The translations under genes and the position numbers were made by a program. Shown piece by piece: positions 1 to 15,570 of a DNA stretch of 64,000 bases. How positions within the stretch are numbered: position 1 is the stretch's first letter; every line of letters starts with the position of its first letter. Below the pieces are notes generated by a model. That model worked only from the letters and a program-made list of their open reading frames with translations. It was not told the DNA's origin and did no database searches. The stretch is from the NCBI GenBank assembly GCA_964016885.1, contig OZ024743.1, positions 200,260,001-200,324,000 on the forward strand. The letters run 5' to 3'. The stretch comes from Eledone cirrhosa. Taxonomy: Eukaryota.

Positions 1-85
1 TTCCTATTACCCACTCTACTACGCTAAGTATTGAGTACTTTGGTGCGTTATGGTCTATCTGGTTCCTTACCACATTTCCTTCGTT
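1..85 (+). mobile_element. 3'-terminal fragment of the Penelope-like element family (family A), ending in (TA)n
   Basis: ttcctattaccactctactac...gagtactttggtgcgttatgg...ccttcgt|TATATA aligns by eye with 53697-53781, the 3' end of the RT/GIY-YIG element. Confidence 0.85.
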
Positions 86-102
86 ATATATATATATATA
101 TA

Positions 103-500
103 GTGAAATTAGATAACAAGGACGATTGGTTACTCCTTCATTACGTTTGTTGGTTGGTGACGCGCGTTTCACCACTGATCAGCTCAAAATTCGATCTCTA
201 TCGATCTGACCCGACTCTGTAATCCGCGGCTCGTCAGACCCCTTATAATGTTAATAGAAAAATGAATACATGCTGTATGATAAAGTCAGAAGTTCCTAAG
301 GTGGTCATTAAAGTTTGTTCTGATTGGTGGATTAATTCATAAGCATGTTTTTGCCTGTAGTGTATGTGGGGCAGGTGAGTGTGGTGATTTGTTGGTGGTG
401 ATGGTCGCAGGTTGAAGTGTGCGGCATGTGGGGGTGCTGATTGTCGGTAGACAGTTTGGCATGTAGATGTGGCTGATTTTTGTGTGTGTATGGGCGTGGT
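103..500 (-). mobile_element. Decayed 3' end of a second Penelope-like element (GIY-YIG C-terminus remnant plus hammerhead)
   Basis: Minus-strand translation HAAHFNL...RQKHAYELIHQ...TL..LGTSDF resembles the xxHFN...R...E..LI..L.T....GLN tail of PLE endonucleases. A hammerhead motif follows, then (TA)n at 85-102. Confidence 0.5.
156..240 (-). ncRNA. Type I hammerhead ribozyme motif with minimal stem III
   Basis: Reverse complement reads ggt-CTGACGA-gccgcgga...tcagtggt-GAAAC-gcgc-GTC-acc: intact core, ggt/acc stem I, palindromic GCGC loop, GUC triplet. Confidence 0.75.
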
Positions 501-516
501 GTTGTTGTTTTTGATA

Positions 517-850
<334 letters not shown>

Positions 851-919
851 GAAGCAACAAAACAACATATGAAAATGACAAAGTATATTAGTTTAAAGCT
901 TGATATAGTACAAAAAGAG

Positions 920-955
920 TCTTAACGTTTCGGACTCTAGACTTTCATCAGAAGA
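920..955 (-). ncRNA. Minimal hammerhead ribozyme motif
   Basis: Reverse complement tctt-CTGATGA-aagtctagagtcc-GAAAC-GTT-aaga: stem I tctt/aaga, palindromic AACGTT in place of stem III, weak stem II. Confidence 0.55.
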
Positions 956-1060
956 TAGAATGAGAAATAAAAGAGGATATAGAAAAATAGAAAGTGAGAA
1001 AAAGTTGAAAAGTAAAAATTATTTTTGAAAAAAAGCACGTGTATATTCAGTTAATCAAGC

Positions 1061-1113
<53 letters not shown>

Positions 1114-1145
1114 AACACAGAGCTGGCATATCTAAGTACTGACTA

Positions 1146-1201
1146 ACTGCCTGATGAAGTCATAGCCATTCAATGGCTATCATCAAAATATATATAGCAG
1201 T
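1146..1201 (+). ncRNA. Decayed minimal hammerhead motif between two (TA)n tracts
   Basis: actgc-CTGATGA-agtc atagccatt c aatggctat catc-AAAA-T-atat-ATA-gcagt: perfect 5-bp stem I and 9-bp stem II. GAAA reads AAAA, consistent with CpG decay of cGAAA. Confidence 0.55.
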
Positions 1202-1242
1202 AAATAAAAGATTATAAGTTCATGCAATTGACTTATGTTTCG

Positions 1243-1364
<122 letters not shown>

Positions 1365-2412
1365 GTTACACACTCACAGACACGACGCTTACACGCACAA
1401 ACTCACATACACACACACATATTTGTATATATATATTTATTTATCTATCTATATCTATATATATCTATGTATGTATGTATGTATGTATGTATGTATGTAT
1501 GTATGTATGTATGTATGTATGTGTATGTCTGTGTGTGTGTGTGCACGTGTCTATGTGTCTGTGTGTGCATGTGTGTGTTTATACCGTATACATTTCAATG
1601 TGGAAAACGTTGCTATTAAAGTAAAATTAGTGAATAAGCTTGCAAAATAACATTGTTTCCGCAGTGATTGATTATCGATGCTAAACATAGGTGTGAAAAT
1701 CCAGTTCAAGCGAAACAAAAGTGTTGTTTTTTTTATAAACACACGCTCACATACACAGTGCATGTGTGCATGTGATGGTGGGTGGGTTTCTGAGTGATTT
1801 GTCTACACATAATTTACGTATGTTCTATCCAGTCCAACTAATTGGCTTCATAATTGTTTGGCTTATACTCATTGATAGTCTTCAATATTTCCGTGTTAGC
1901 CAGATTCATGATGCGTGTTGGAACGTTAAAGATTTAGAGCATGACTGCTTATTCCGTAGACATCTGTAATCTTAAGGTAGTTCTCAACGATATTCAGCCT
2001 CACTCAATGTGTGGCAAGGATGGTCATTTAAATTACATGTACCTCTCATTTCTTTCCAGCTGACTAGAATAGAACAACGTAAAATAGAGCGTCCCGCTCA
2101 CGCCCACCACCAAGAATCAAGCTAAGGAACGTACGACTGTGAGTCGAACAAACTTCCCATTATGTCATACAACTTCACATCACGACAATGAATTTCTCAC
2201 ACTTTAAATTGCTCAATGAAAACAGTTGAATAAAGTGATTTGAGAAGTATTACCGCCTGAAAACCTGGACTGTATCACAGTACTGTTCAGTGTTTCCGTC
2301 TCTAACAGCTTATATGCCTAACTTGTTCCCCTATTTTAGAAATATTATCTTCGAAAAAGATTTATATAGTAATGAAAACTTTACTGCATGATTAAAATAT
2401 AATATAATTAAA

Positions 2413-2560
2413 CTGAGTTCAAATTCTGCCGAGGCTAACTTTGCCTTTCATCCTCACGGGGTCTATAAAATAAAATACCAGTCACGCACTGGATTAATTT
2501 AATCGACTTTCCCCTCTCCTCAAAAATTGCTGGCCTTGTGCCTATATAAGAAACCAATAT
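2413..2560 (+). mobile_element. tRNA-derived SINE, family 1 (5'-truncated)
   Basis: B-box gagttcaaattc, central gcctttcatcc..ggggtc.ataaaata..accag block and tail ttgctggccttgtgcc, shared with other copies in the window. Confidence 0.85.
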
Positions 2561-2689
2561 AATTACACTGGTATATGCACTTCTATCACCTTTACTTCGA
2601 TGAAATAGAATGTTCTTCACACAATCTGTTCCCTATTGTCACAGATCAAGTCTCAGTCTGTGTCCTCGTAGCATACTACTGACGTCACC

Positions 2690-2860
2690 GATCACTTCAG
2701 TCTAGCCATGGTCGTCTGGATGTACTCTCAGTTGCTTTCACATTGATGTCGATGACTCTTCTGCTGCTCACTCTTGTGATATCCTTGTTTCGTTAGGCTT
2801 TACTAGAGAAATAACTTGCCAATCCCCTCTGGCATACAGATGATACTCTACCAGGTGTTG
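2690..2860 (-). mobile_element. Decayed C-terminus of an RLE-type non-LTR retrotransposon (HERO-like)
   Basis: Minus-strand translation GLASYFSSKA*RNKDITRVSSRRVIDINVKATESTSRRPWLD resembles the GF...SL.KA...LGI.G..RRRAI....EAAE.ASRWLW end of HERO ORFs. Confidence 0.45.
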
Positions 2861-3931
2861 GAGTTGCCTTCTGAGAATAGCTTAAATACATTTAACTCAT
2901 TGACAGCGAATGTTTCTAAACATGAAATACGGACGGTTGTATGGTCATTTTAACTCAACATGAAAAGAGAAGCTTCTAGAACTACTTTATTCATATCAAA
3001 TCAATGTTCATTTTTATGCTATATTTATTCTTTTATTGGTTGTAGTCAATAGGCTGCAGCCAAGCTGGATCATTCAACAAATATTTTTAACCATAAACTG
3101 AAAAAAGAACATGCAATTAACCAAACCTCACTTTCTGTGTATATGCATTTAACTGGTGAATGTTACGTCTTCATATTATAGTCAATGTAAAAATACATTT
3201 GATAATGTATTTTTGAAACTTACTCTTGATGTGAGTAATATTTGACTACTATTTCTACCAGATCGATCGACAAAGTTGAGGCTCTCTTATTGGTATTGCT
3301 GTTGTGCGTGTTATTTAGCCTGGTGTGAGCAATAATTTAATAAGGCATATAACCCTCGACACTCACGGTTTATTTTTTAAATTTAAACAATGTGTCTAAT
3401 ACAATATTGCTTATGTGTCATTTATTTAGGAAAATAGAATAAGGCATGCTCATGAAGAAAATTTAGCTGATATTTCTAGCAGATCGGACTGCCTTGTAAT
3501 GGCTTCTGCATTAGATCGTATTCTCACTGTGATTCACAACGGTAGTGCAACTCATATATAGATTGAATCTATGTAAGAGTTATGAATTAAATTCGGACGC
3601 AAGGCAATTGAAAAGGTGTTGTCGGAGCCGGTGTTTGCTATCTCAGCTGGCTTTTCCGCTGTATTATTAACACACTTACACAGATGCTCACTTTTTCTAC
3701 AGTATATGTAATTGGAACACCAACCAGTCTTCTTCCTGAACACAAACAACCACCAATTATTGACGATTCATTATAATTTAATTGCAAATATTTCAGTTTT
3801 CAAATTTTCTGCAATATTCTCATTGACTCGTTGCTTTTGTTTCTCCCTATGATTCCCTAAGAGTTTTTTTCCTTTTGTTTCTTTCTATGCATTTAGAAAA
3901 GTATATATATAATACATACCCACCCCCACCC

Positions 3932-3969
<38 letters not shown>

Positions 3970-4055
3970 GTGCACGAGTGGGCTGTATGCATCTATATAC
4001 ATGGGAGGGCTTTTGTGTTTATAAATTATAAACTAAATTCGTGTTTGTTTGTGTG

Positions 4056-4119
<64 letters not shown>

Positions 4120-4295
4120 TATGTAAACAATATATGAATTAACAATAAAAATGCATATGAACAACAAATATATCCACACACTCACACACACAGAAACCAC
4201 AGCTATTATCATCATAAATAATAGCTAAAGTTTTGTCCTTGTTTGTTATTTTATTTAGTTCTTATATGTATATGTATATACACATAGATATATAA

Positions 4296-4337
<42 letters not shown>

Positions 4338-4414
4338 GTGTGTGTGTTTTTATATGTATATATATGTATATATATATTTATATATATATTTATATATATA
4401 TGTGTGTGTGTGTA

Positions 4415-4454
<40 letters not shown>

Positions 4455-5411
4455 TGTGTGTGTGTGTGTGCGTGTGTGTATGTGTGTATGTATATATATA
4501 TATATATATAGTTGACCCGTTATACGATATCTGCATGTTCTTGATCTTATAAACTTTCTTATTGTTTGAGTGAAAGAAAACTAACTTCAATGAAACAACC
4601 GGAAGTGATCTCATATACAAGACATTTTCACATTCTTGTCAAATGTTCAAATTTGCCATTTGGAAGCCATATTCTCAGCTGGAATGCACAAAGACTGGAA
4701 TAATTCAGAATTATACAATGGTTGGAAATTTCAAACAAATATATCAGAAAGCAGTTCATGAATGCTACGGGGAAATATCATAGGATTTCTTATATTAGAC
4801 AGAGAAATCATTTGGTCTCAAAAGAAAACTTGATTCCAACATGGCGTCACATCCCTTTGAATACAGGAAGTCAAATAATATTCGATGACAATCGAAAGAA
4901 CTCTATAGTTCGTCAATCGATGACTTTAAACATCTGTCATGCAGAGAGGAATATACAGGTGACGATTGCTGAAAAGGCTTCAGTTACAAGAACTCATGTA
5001 GTTAAACTCGCTTGGCGGTTAAATTCCGTTAGGTTCGTGCCGGAAACTAAATTTCTGGTATTGTCTACTATGCATCTACAGAAGAAACGCCTTCTCTGTC
5101 GGAACAAAGACATATAAATGTTTATTGTTATTGTTCTGTTCATTCAAACCGAAGGACACAATAGCTTTAGATTTATCAAGGCTTTTGTATAAATCTGTCT
5201 CTATTTTCCTTTCTATTTCTTTCTGACTTTGTCTATAGCTTCTCTTATTCTCTCATTCCAACTCTGTCTCACCCTTCCATTTACTTATTTCACCTCTCCC
5301 TGTCTCTCCCTTTCATTCTCGTACGCTATCTCTCTCCTTTATTCACCTTTCTCTCCATCACTCTTTCACCTGACTTTGTCTATATCTTCTCCTATTCTTT
5401 CATTCTATCTC

Positions 5412-5486
<75 letters not shown>

Positions 5487-5764
5487 TCTCTTTCTCCCTT
5501 TCATTTTCTCATTCCACCTCTCTCCCTCTTTACCATACATTCATTCCCTCTCTCTGTCGCTATATATAGTATTCTATGTTTTTCTCTATCACTGTGTTCC
5601 AACTCACCATTCAGATAGATATTCATGCCAAAGCTTTAACAACACGACAAAAGAATTTTCTACACGTTTGCCAGATAATCTCTTCTGCTGTTTTTCCTAC
5701 TACTGCCTCATACCCTGTGTCATCCTGTTTTATTTCTAACTCAGTCTGTCATACACCTCCCTCT

Positions 5765-6400
5765 TCATCACCACCACCACCTCTACCACTAACAACAAAA
5801 ACTACATCACTATCAGCAACAACATCACCAGCACAACCATCACCACCACCACTAACAACAAAAACTACATCACCATCAGCAACACCATCACCATCACCAT
5901 CACCATCACCACAATCACCACGATCAACACCTCCACCACTAACAACAAAAACTGCATCACTATCAGCAACAACATCACCAGCACAACCATCACCACCACC
6001 ACTAACAACAAAAACATCACCACCAGCAACACCACAGCAACACCACCATCAGCAGCATCTCCATCACCACCACAACTAACAACAAAAACTACATCACCAT
6101 CAGCAACACCATCACCATCACCATCACCACAATCACCACGATCAACACCTCCACCACTAACAACAAAAACTGCATCACTATCAGCAACAACATCACCAGC
6201 ACAACCATCACCACCACCTACAGCAGCATCTCCATCACCACCACAACTAACAACAACAAACAGTACATCACCATCAACATCAGCACCATGACCATCATCA
6301 GCAGCACTTCCATCACCACCACCACTAACAACAAACAATACATCACCGTCAGCAACAAACATCAGCAACACAATCAGCAGCACCACCAGCAACAGCAGCA
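5765..6400. repeat. Degenerate C/A-rich tandem repeats leading into the 72-bp array, with an internal duplication
   Basis: Recurrent ccaccactaacaacaaaaact(a/g)catcac; about 5851-5997 is repeated at about 6075-6217. Confidence 0.85.
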
Positions 6401-8080
6401 ACACCACCACCACTAACAACAACAAACAGTACATCACTTTCAGCAACACCAGCAACACCATCAACAGCAGCAACACCACCACCACTAACAACAACAAACA
6501 GTACATCACTTTCAGCAACACCAGCAACACCATCAACAGCAGCAACACCACCACCACTAACAACAACAAACAGTACATCACTTTCAGCAACATCAGCAAC
6601 GCCATCAACAGCAGCACCACCACCACCACTAACAACAACAAACAGTACATCACTTTCAGCAACAACAGCAACACCATCAACAGCAGCAACACCACCACCA
6701 CTAACAACAACAAACAGTACATCACTTTCAGCAACAACAGCAACACCATCAACAGCAGCAACACCACCACCACTAACAACAACAAACAGTACATCACTTT
6801 CAGCAACACCAGCAACACCATCAACAGCAGCAACACCACCACCACTAACAACAACAAACAGTACATCACTTTCAGCAACAACAGCAACACCATCAACAGC
6901 AGCACCACCACCACCACTAACAACAACAAACAGTACATCACCTCAGCAACAACAGCAACACCATCAACAGCAGCAACACCACCACCACTAACAACAACAA
7001 ACAGTACATCACTTTCAGCAACAACAGCAACACCATCAACAGCAGCAACACCACCACCACTAACAACAACAAACAGTACATCACTTTCAGCAACACCAGC
7101 AACACCATCAACAGCAGCAACACCACCACCACTAACAACAACAAACAGTACATCACTTTCAGCAACACCAGCAACACCATCAACAGCAGCAACACCACCA
7201 CCACTAACAACAACAAACAGTACATCACCTCAGCAACAACAGCAACACCATCAACAGCAGCAACACCACCACCACTAACAACAACAAACAGTACATCACC
7301 TCAGCAACAACAGCAACACCATCAACAGCAGCACCACCACCACCACTAACAACAACAAACAGTACATCACCTTTCAGCAACAACAGCAACACCATCAACA
7401 GCAGCACCACCACCACCACTAACAACAACAAACAGTACATTTACTTCAGCAACATCAGCAACACCATCAACAGCAGCACCACCACCACCACTAACAACAA
7501 CAAACAGTACATCACCTTTCAGCAACAACAGCAACACCATCAACAGCAGCACCACCACCACCACTAACAACAACAAACAGTACATTTACTTCAGCAACAC
7601 CAGCAACACCATCAACAGCAGCACCACCACCACCACTAACAACAACAAACAGTACATTTACTTCAGCAACATCAGCAACACCATCAACAGCAGCACCACC
7701 ACCACCACTAACAACAACAAACAGTACATCACCTTTCAGCAACAACAGCAACACCATCAACAGCAGCACCACCACCACCACTAACAACAACAAACAGTAC
7801 ATCACCTTTCAGCAACAACAGCAACACCATCAACAGCAGCACCACCACCACCACTAACAACAACAAACAGTACATCACCTTTCAGCAACAACAGCAACAC
7901 CATCAACAGCAGCACCACCACCACCACTAACAACAACAAACAGTACATTTACTTCAGCAACACCAGCAACACCATCAACAGCAGCACCACCACCACCACT
8001 AACAACAACAAACAGTACATTTACTTCAGCAACACCAGCAACACCATCAACAGCAGCACCACCACCACCACTAACAACAA
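6400..8080. repeat. 71-73 bp minisatellite, about 23 copies
   Basis: Unit caccaccaccactaacaacaacaaacagtacatcactttcagcaacaccagcaacaccatcaacagcagcaa with 1-nt indel variants. Confidence 0.97.
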
Positions 8081-8597
8081 AATTGACATCACCATCAACA
8101 ACACCATCAACATCAACACCAGCACCAGCACCACCACCACCACCATCAGCAGCTCATCCATTACCACCACCATTACAACTTCTACTACCACCACTACCAC
8201 TAACAACAACCACACATTACATTATCCTTTAGCAATTGTTCTCAATATATCACTAAATTTACCAGTTTCTCGATCTTTCAACTTTCATCATCTATCTACG
8301 TATACACACATGAACAAATATTCAATACCAACAGAATATTTATATATGCGTATGTTTTTGTGTGTATATATGTATATACATGTAATATAAATATATATAT
8401 ATATAAATACATATATGTATTTATATATGTATATGTATATACATGTAATATAAATATATATGTAATATAAATACACACATACACACTCAAAAACACACAC
8501 AAACACACACAAACACACACATATATATATACACATACATATATATTTATATCTATTCATGTATATATACATATACATATATATATACACACACACT

Positions 8598-8770
<173 letters not shown>

Positions 8771-9361
8771 ACAATAAGGAGTTGACGGACCCAGTATATT
8801 TATCAATGCCAGGATCGGTTGTATCTCAGCGTACTCAATATATATACTGAGAGAGAGAGAGCGAGAGATAAAGAGTTACACAATTTATATAAGAATCTAC
8901 ATACAAAAACTCATATATGGGTATGTATGGAAGCATGTACAATAACATAACATACAACTATATATATATATATATGAATAAAGTTAGTCCTTCATCAGTG
9001 ATCTTCCAACCATCATTGGTATTTCATCGCTTTAAAGACCACATACCTCCGGTCGGTGCGAGCGACGGCTAAAGAAAATCGTTGGGACACGTAAATAAGG
9101 GGAACGAGCGAGATTGTAAACAAACAAAGATGGTAAAGCAACGAAAAGTGAGGAAGAATGAGTCAAATTTCAGATTTCGATGAATATATGTTCGGTGAAA
9201 TCGTGAACGAGAGAGAATAAATACCATCAAACCTAGTTGAAATGTGAGCAAGGAAGGAATTCCGCACGGGTCAAACGGGAGGAAGAAGGAGTCCAGTCCG
9301 TGAATTCGGTGAACATAAGTTCTCTGAAATCGTAGACGAGAGAGAGAAAAAGGGAACCAGC

Positions 9362-9497
<136 letters not shown>

Positions 9498-9783
9498 GAG
9501 GTTGTGTTATTGTACAGGCTTTCATATATACCCATATATGAATTTTTGTATTTAGATTCTTATATAAATTGTGTATATCTATTTTGACTTTATATGCATA
9601 TTTGTTTGAGTATGCATGCATACGTGTGTGAGTATGTCTTTGTGTGAGTATGTGTTTGTGTGAGGGTGTGTGTGCGTGTGCGTGTGTGTGTGTGTGTGAG
9701 TAAAACACATGTGTAGGTATCCTTTTATATATTCATTGTAAACGTGTAGGTGTATAAACATATACAAATATTTGAACACATAT

Positions 9784-9828
<45 letters not shown>

Positions 9829-10010
9829 CATACACAATAAATTCTCTAGGTAACGATAGTCATTGCCCATCATCTAGTACTCTTTTAACAACCGGTTTGT
9901 CTATCTTTCAGTCTCCCAACCATTCTCACCCACAATTCCTCTCTCTATTTTAAAACAAACAGATGCACATATATATGGATATATACATATTCACACTTCC
10001 CCATACACAC

Positions 10011-10062
<52 letters not shown>

Positions 10063-10467
10063 GGCTGCCAACTCGTTTTCGAGTACGGCCACTACTTTAT
10101 ATCCATCTAGGAGAACCCCTACCGATGCGCTGAACGAGTGTGACTTTTTAGTCCAGCCAGCGACTTGAAAACTCTGGTACAAACACTACACTTGTGACAA
10201 TTATTGACACATAGTGCAGGATCCATGGTACCCTGTGATGACAAGTGCAGAGAGATCTCCAAATATAAAGCAATGTCTGTGCCGTGAAGCTTTTATAGTG
10301 ACCAAAGGCACTGCACAAAGCCAGTCCCACTCTCTTAACCCAGATGATATTTACCCAAAAGCAGAACAAGTCAACATCATTGGATACCATCAGGGTTTCA
10401 GGTGTTATATCAGAGTTTTCCTTCTCCTAGAATTCTGTCTGGACAAAGGCTAAGGGGTCATCTCTCC

Positions 10468-10515
<48 letters not shown>

Positions 10516-10516
<1 letters not shown>

Positions 10517-10891
10517 GAGGTGTGTCAGAAAAGTTCCAGGACTGATGTCACAAAAGATTTATTTCAAACCCAAACTTCACAGTAAGAGTTTTTTCCTTCA
10601 AAGTAATCCCCCTGGAGTCTAATGCACTTTTTCATCATTTTCTGGCACGCTTGCATGCACTCCTGGAAGGATTCTTCCGGAATCCTCCGCAGTTCCGTCG
10701 TCACGACCTTTTTGATGTCGTCCACATCTTCAAGACGGGTCCCCTCCGGGTCGTACTCGAAGATCCATGACTAATCACCGGTGATGACTGTCCCTAGCAA
10801 GTCTGGTTCGGTTTCAAGACGCTCGAGGATGTCCTGGCACACTTGCATGCGGCGACCCTTCTGGCCATCGTTCAGCAGTTTTGGCACTATC
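10516..10891 (-). mobile_element. Mariner (Tc1/mariner) transposon remnant with 3' TIR and an internal deletion
   Basis: Minus-strand translation IVPKLL...VITGD*SWIFEYDPE|GTRLEDVDDIK...KCIRLQGDYFEG. TIR-like end cgaggtgtgtcagaaaagttcc directly after TA of a (TA)n tract. Confidence 0.9.
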
Positions 10892-10894
10892 TAT

Positions 10895-11022
10895 ATAAGT
10901 GTGGTAAGGAACCAGGTGGACCATAACGCACCAGAGTACTCGATACTTAGGACAGTAGAGTCAGTTCGGATCTAGCTGTCGAAACAGCCGGAGCTCAGCC
11001 GTCGGGGTCCTGACTCTTTTCC
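10895..11022. mobile_element. Family A mini-element (minus-strand tail fused to a plus-strand hammerhead 3' half)
   Basis: gtggtaaggaaccag...gagtactcgatacttag is the tail in reverse; then ctgtcGAAACagccggagctcagccGTCggggtcctgactcttttcc|TATATA. Confidence 0.85.
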
Positions 11023-11134
<112 letters not shown>

Positions 11135-11162
11135 CGTGTGTGTGTCTGTGAGTAGAGAGAGA

Positions 11163-11229
<67 letters not shown>

Positions 11230-11418
11230 AAGAGATTAATGTGTGTTAATATATATCCATATGTATATACCAATATGGACTGACAGTTGGAATTTCACGG
11301 GAACACTTGGCGGAAAAGGAAAGAGAAATCAATCTGGTTGCGGGGGTGGGGAAGTGGGGAGAGTGAGATGAACCAGCCTCCTTTCGTAATGTTTTCTAGT
11401 CTTCGTTACGGGAAACTT

Positions 11419-11445
11419 GTAGTAGTAGTAGTAGTAGTAGTAGTA

Positions 11446-11488
<43 letters not shown>

Positions 11489-11516
11489 TGTTGTTGTTGT
11501 GGTGGTGATGGTAGTG

Positions 11517-11575
<59 letters not shown>

Positions 11576-11717
11576 TGTGGTGGTTGTGGTGGTATTAGTA
11601 GCAATAGTAATAGTAGTATTAGTAGTAGTAGTGGTGGTAGTGGTGGTGGTGGTGGTGGTGGTGGTATTAGTAGTAGTAGTAGTAGTAGTAGTAGTAATAT
11701 GACGGTGGTGTTGGTGG

Positions 11718-11765
<48 letters not shown>

Positions 11766-11775
11766 CAGCAGCAGT
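11419..11775. repeat. (TAG)n/(TGG)n/(TTG)n trinucleotide tract
   Basis: Direct reading. Confidence 0.98.
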
Positions 11776-12123
11776 AACGAAGAAGAAAATATATTTTAAA
11801 TTCCCAAAAAGTCAGAAAAGTAAGAAGTGTTTTGTGTTGTTTAACAATACCAGTTATGTCGTAGAAACCATATACAAACTATATTGTCAACATTCTCCTT
11901 GTCTTTTTCTTAATCTCCTACATTTCCCTTGCTCTCCCTCTACCCATCAGATGAAGGGCGTAGCCCGAGACGTTATGCAGTGACATGCTCTCACATATTC
12001 TAAAAGTCAAACCTGCTTTTCTTTGTTTTTAGTAGGTTTATTCTTTATGTTCTCTTTTGTTCCCTTTCGCTGTTTTCAACTTTCTCTCCCTCTCATTCTC
12101 TCTTTCACTATACACAGACAGAT

Positions 12124-12154
<31 letters not shown>

Positions 12155-12248
12155 TATAGATAAACATATGCATATATATATATATATATATATATATACA
12201 GTTTATTGTGCATGATGTATTTGTGAATGGATGTGTATGTATGTATAC

Positions 12249-12589
<341 letters not shown>

Positions 12590-12729
12590 CACACACACAT
12601 ATATGTAAATATGGATTTGGGTATTTATGTATTTTTCTGCTATTATGGTATTGTTATTGACAAAGTTGTTATTCCATATTCTTTTGCCCAATGATGTTGA
12701 TGTTGTTATTATTGTGGTTCCTATTGTTA

Positions 12730-13790
12730 TTGCGTATATTGCTGCTGTTGTTGTTATGGTTGCTATTTATGTTGGTGTTATTGTTGTTATGGTTGCTATT
12801 TATGTTGCTGTTATTGTTGTTGTGGTTGCTATTTATGTTGTTGTTATTGTTGTTATGGTTGCTATTTATATAGTTGCTGTTACTGTTGTTGTGGTTGTTA
12901 TTTATGTTGCTGTTATTGTTGTTATGGATGCTATTTATGTTGTTGTTATTGTTGTTATGGTTGTTATTTATGTTGCTGTTATTGCTGTTATCGTTGCTAT
13001 TTATATAGTTGCTGTTATTGTCGTTATGGTTGCTATTTATATTGCTGTTATTGTTGTTATGGTTGCTATTTATGTTGTTGTTATTGTTGTTATGGTTGCT
13101 ATATATATATAGTTGCTGTTATTGTTGTTGAGGTTGTTATTTATGTTGTTGTTATCGTTGTTATGGTTGCTATTTATATTGTTGTTATTGTTGTTATGGT
13201 TGTTATTTATATTGTTGCTGTTATTGTTGTTATGGTTGCTATTCATGTTGTTGCTGTTATTTTTGTTATTGTTGCTCTTTATATTGTTGCTGTTATTGTT
13301 GTTATGGTTGCTATTTATATTGCTGTTATTGTTGTTATGGTTGCTATTTATATTGTTGCTGTTATTGTTGTTATGGTTGCTATTCATGTTGTTGCTGTTA
13401 TTTTTGTTATGGTTGCTCTTTATATTGTTGCTGTTATTGTTGTTATTGTTGCTATTTATATTGCTGTTATTGTTGTTATGGTTCCTATTTATATTGTTGC
13501 TGTTATTGTTGTTATGGTTCCTATTTATATTGTTGCTGTTATTGTTGTTGTGGTTGCTATTTATATTGTTGCTGTTATTGTCGTTATGGTTGCTATTTAT
13601 ATTGTTGCTGTTATTGTTGTTATGGTTCCTATTTATATTGTTGCTGTTATTGTTGTTATGGTTGCTATTCATGTTGTTGCTGTTATTGTTGTTGTGGTTG
13701 CTATTTATATTGCTGCTGTTATTGTTGTTATGGTTGCTATTCATATTGTTGCTGTTATTGTTGTTGTGATTGCTATTTATATTGTTACTA
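12730..13790. repeat. 33/36-bp G/T-rich minisatellite
   Basis: Unit gttatggttgctatttat(att)gttgctgttattgtt. Confidence 0.95.
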
Positions 13791-13914
13791 CAGTTGTTAT
13801 AGAGGTTGCGATTTTTGTTGTTGTCATCTTGCTGTTATTGTTTTTATTGCGGTTGTTATTGTTATTGTTACTCGTTTGCTGTTGTTTTTGATTTTGTTAT
13901 CCTTCTTGTTACGT

Positions 13915-14100
13915 TTGTTGTTGTTGTTGTTACTGTGGTTGCGATTTTTGTTCCTGTTGTTGTTGTTGTTACTGTGGTTGTTGTTGTTATTGTGGTTGCG
14001 ATTTTTGTTCCTGTTGTTGTTGTTGTTACTGTGGTTGTTGTTGTTATTGTGGTTGCGATTTTTGTTCCTGTTGTTGTCGTTGTTACTGTGGTTGTTATTG
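13915..14100. repeat. About 54-bp tandem repeat, about 3 copies
   Basis: gtggttgcgatttttgttcctgttgttgttgttgttactgtggttgttgttgttatt repeated. Confidence 0.9.
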
Positions 14101-14411
14101 TTACTTGTTTGCTGTTGTTTTTCTTGTTGTTACGTTTATTGCTGGTGCGTTTTTGTTTGTTTTTAGTTGTTGTGTTTTGGTACTGTTGTTTCCAAAATTT
14201 CTTTGCAGTGATAAACTTGACAATAAAGGCAGAGTCTCACAAAAGGCAGAAATGAGGATACTACCTATATTTTGATTTCCGAAAAAGGGAATGGGTTGAA
14301 GAACGGGGAAGGAGGAGTAGTAGGTGCAGTGGGTGGGTGGGGAAATATGGAACTCTGTGTGGGTTTTTGTTTGTTTGTGTCAAAATGTGTGCTTCTGTGT
14401 ATATATATGTG

Positions 14412-14449
<38 letters not shown>

Positions 14450-14481
14450 AAATGTGTGCTTCTGTATATATACATACACAC

Positions 14482-14518
<37 letters not shown>

Positions 14519-14519
14519 T

Positions 14520-14578
<59 letters not shown>

Positions 14579-14601
14579 CATATTTGAATATACACATATA
14601 T

Positions 14602-14633
<32 letters not shown>

Positions 14634-14674
14634 ACATATTTATATATTCTCATCTACATTGGCCCACACTCACA

Positions 14675-14868
<194 letters not shown>

Positions 14869-14880
14869 TGTATATATACA

Positions 14881-14922
<42 letters not shown>

Positions 14923-15205
14923 TGTATATATACATATATTTATATATATATGTGTGTGTGTGAGTATGGAGCAATGTAGATGAGAATTTATGAAGGATAG
15001 AATGATGATATAGTAAATGTATTCTTTAAGCTCACTTCGTGTCTCAAGGCTCCACTGTGACTCAATTGTGTCGTTTACTTTATAGTTGTTGTTGTAGCTG
15101 TTGCTGTAGTTGTCGTGTTGCTGCAGCTACTGCTGATGGCATTCTTGTTTTTGTTACAGCTCCTATTATTGCTGTTATTGTTGTTCGGTATTGTTGCTAT
15201 GTTAT

Positions 15206-15210
15206 TTCTT

Positions 15211-15241
<31 letters not shown>

Positions 15242-15339
15242 TTCTTATTCTTCTTCTTCGTCTTCCTCTTCTTCTTTTTCTTCTTCTTCTACTAATACCA
15301 CTACCACCACCACCACCACTACTACTACTACTACTACTG

Positions 15340-15370
<31 letters not shown>

Positions 15371-15386
15371 CACCACCACCACCACC

Positions 15387-15445
<59 letters not shown>

Positions 15446-15496
15446 CACCACCACCACCACCACCACTACTACTACTACTGTTACTACTACTACTGT

Positions 15497-15549
<53 letters not shown>

Positions 15550-15570
15550 AAACTACTACTACTACTACTC
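15206..15570. repeat. Compound (TTC)n-(CTA)n-(CCA)n tract
   Basis: Direct reading. Confidence 0.98.

Noticed and set aside
4540-5117. 131-aa ORF and upstream region with faint resemblance to a PLE thumb domain
   Set aside because: Would need several frameshifts and shows no diagnostic motif; cannot be supported by eye.
5865-8215. Long hydrophobic minus-strand ORFs resembling membrane proteins
   Set aside because: Products of the 72-bp minisatellite; 71- and 73-bp units break the frame repeatedly.
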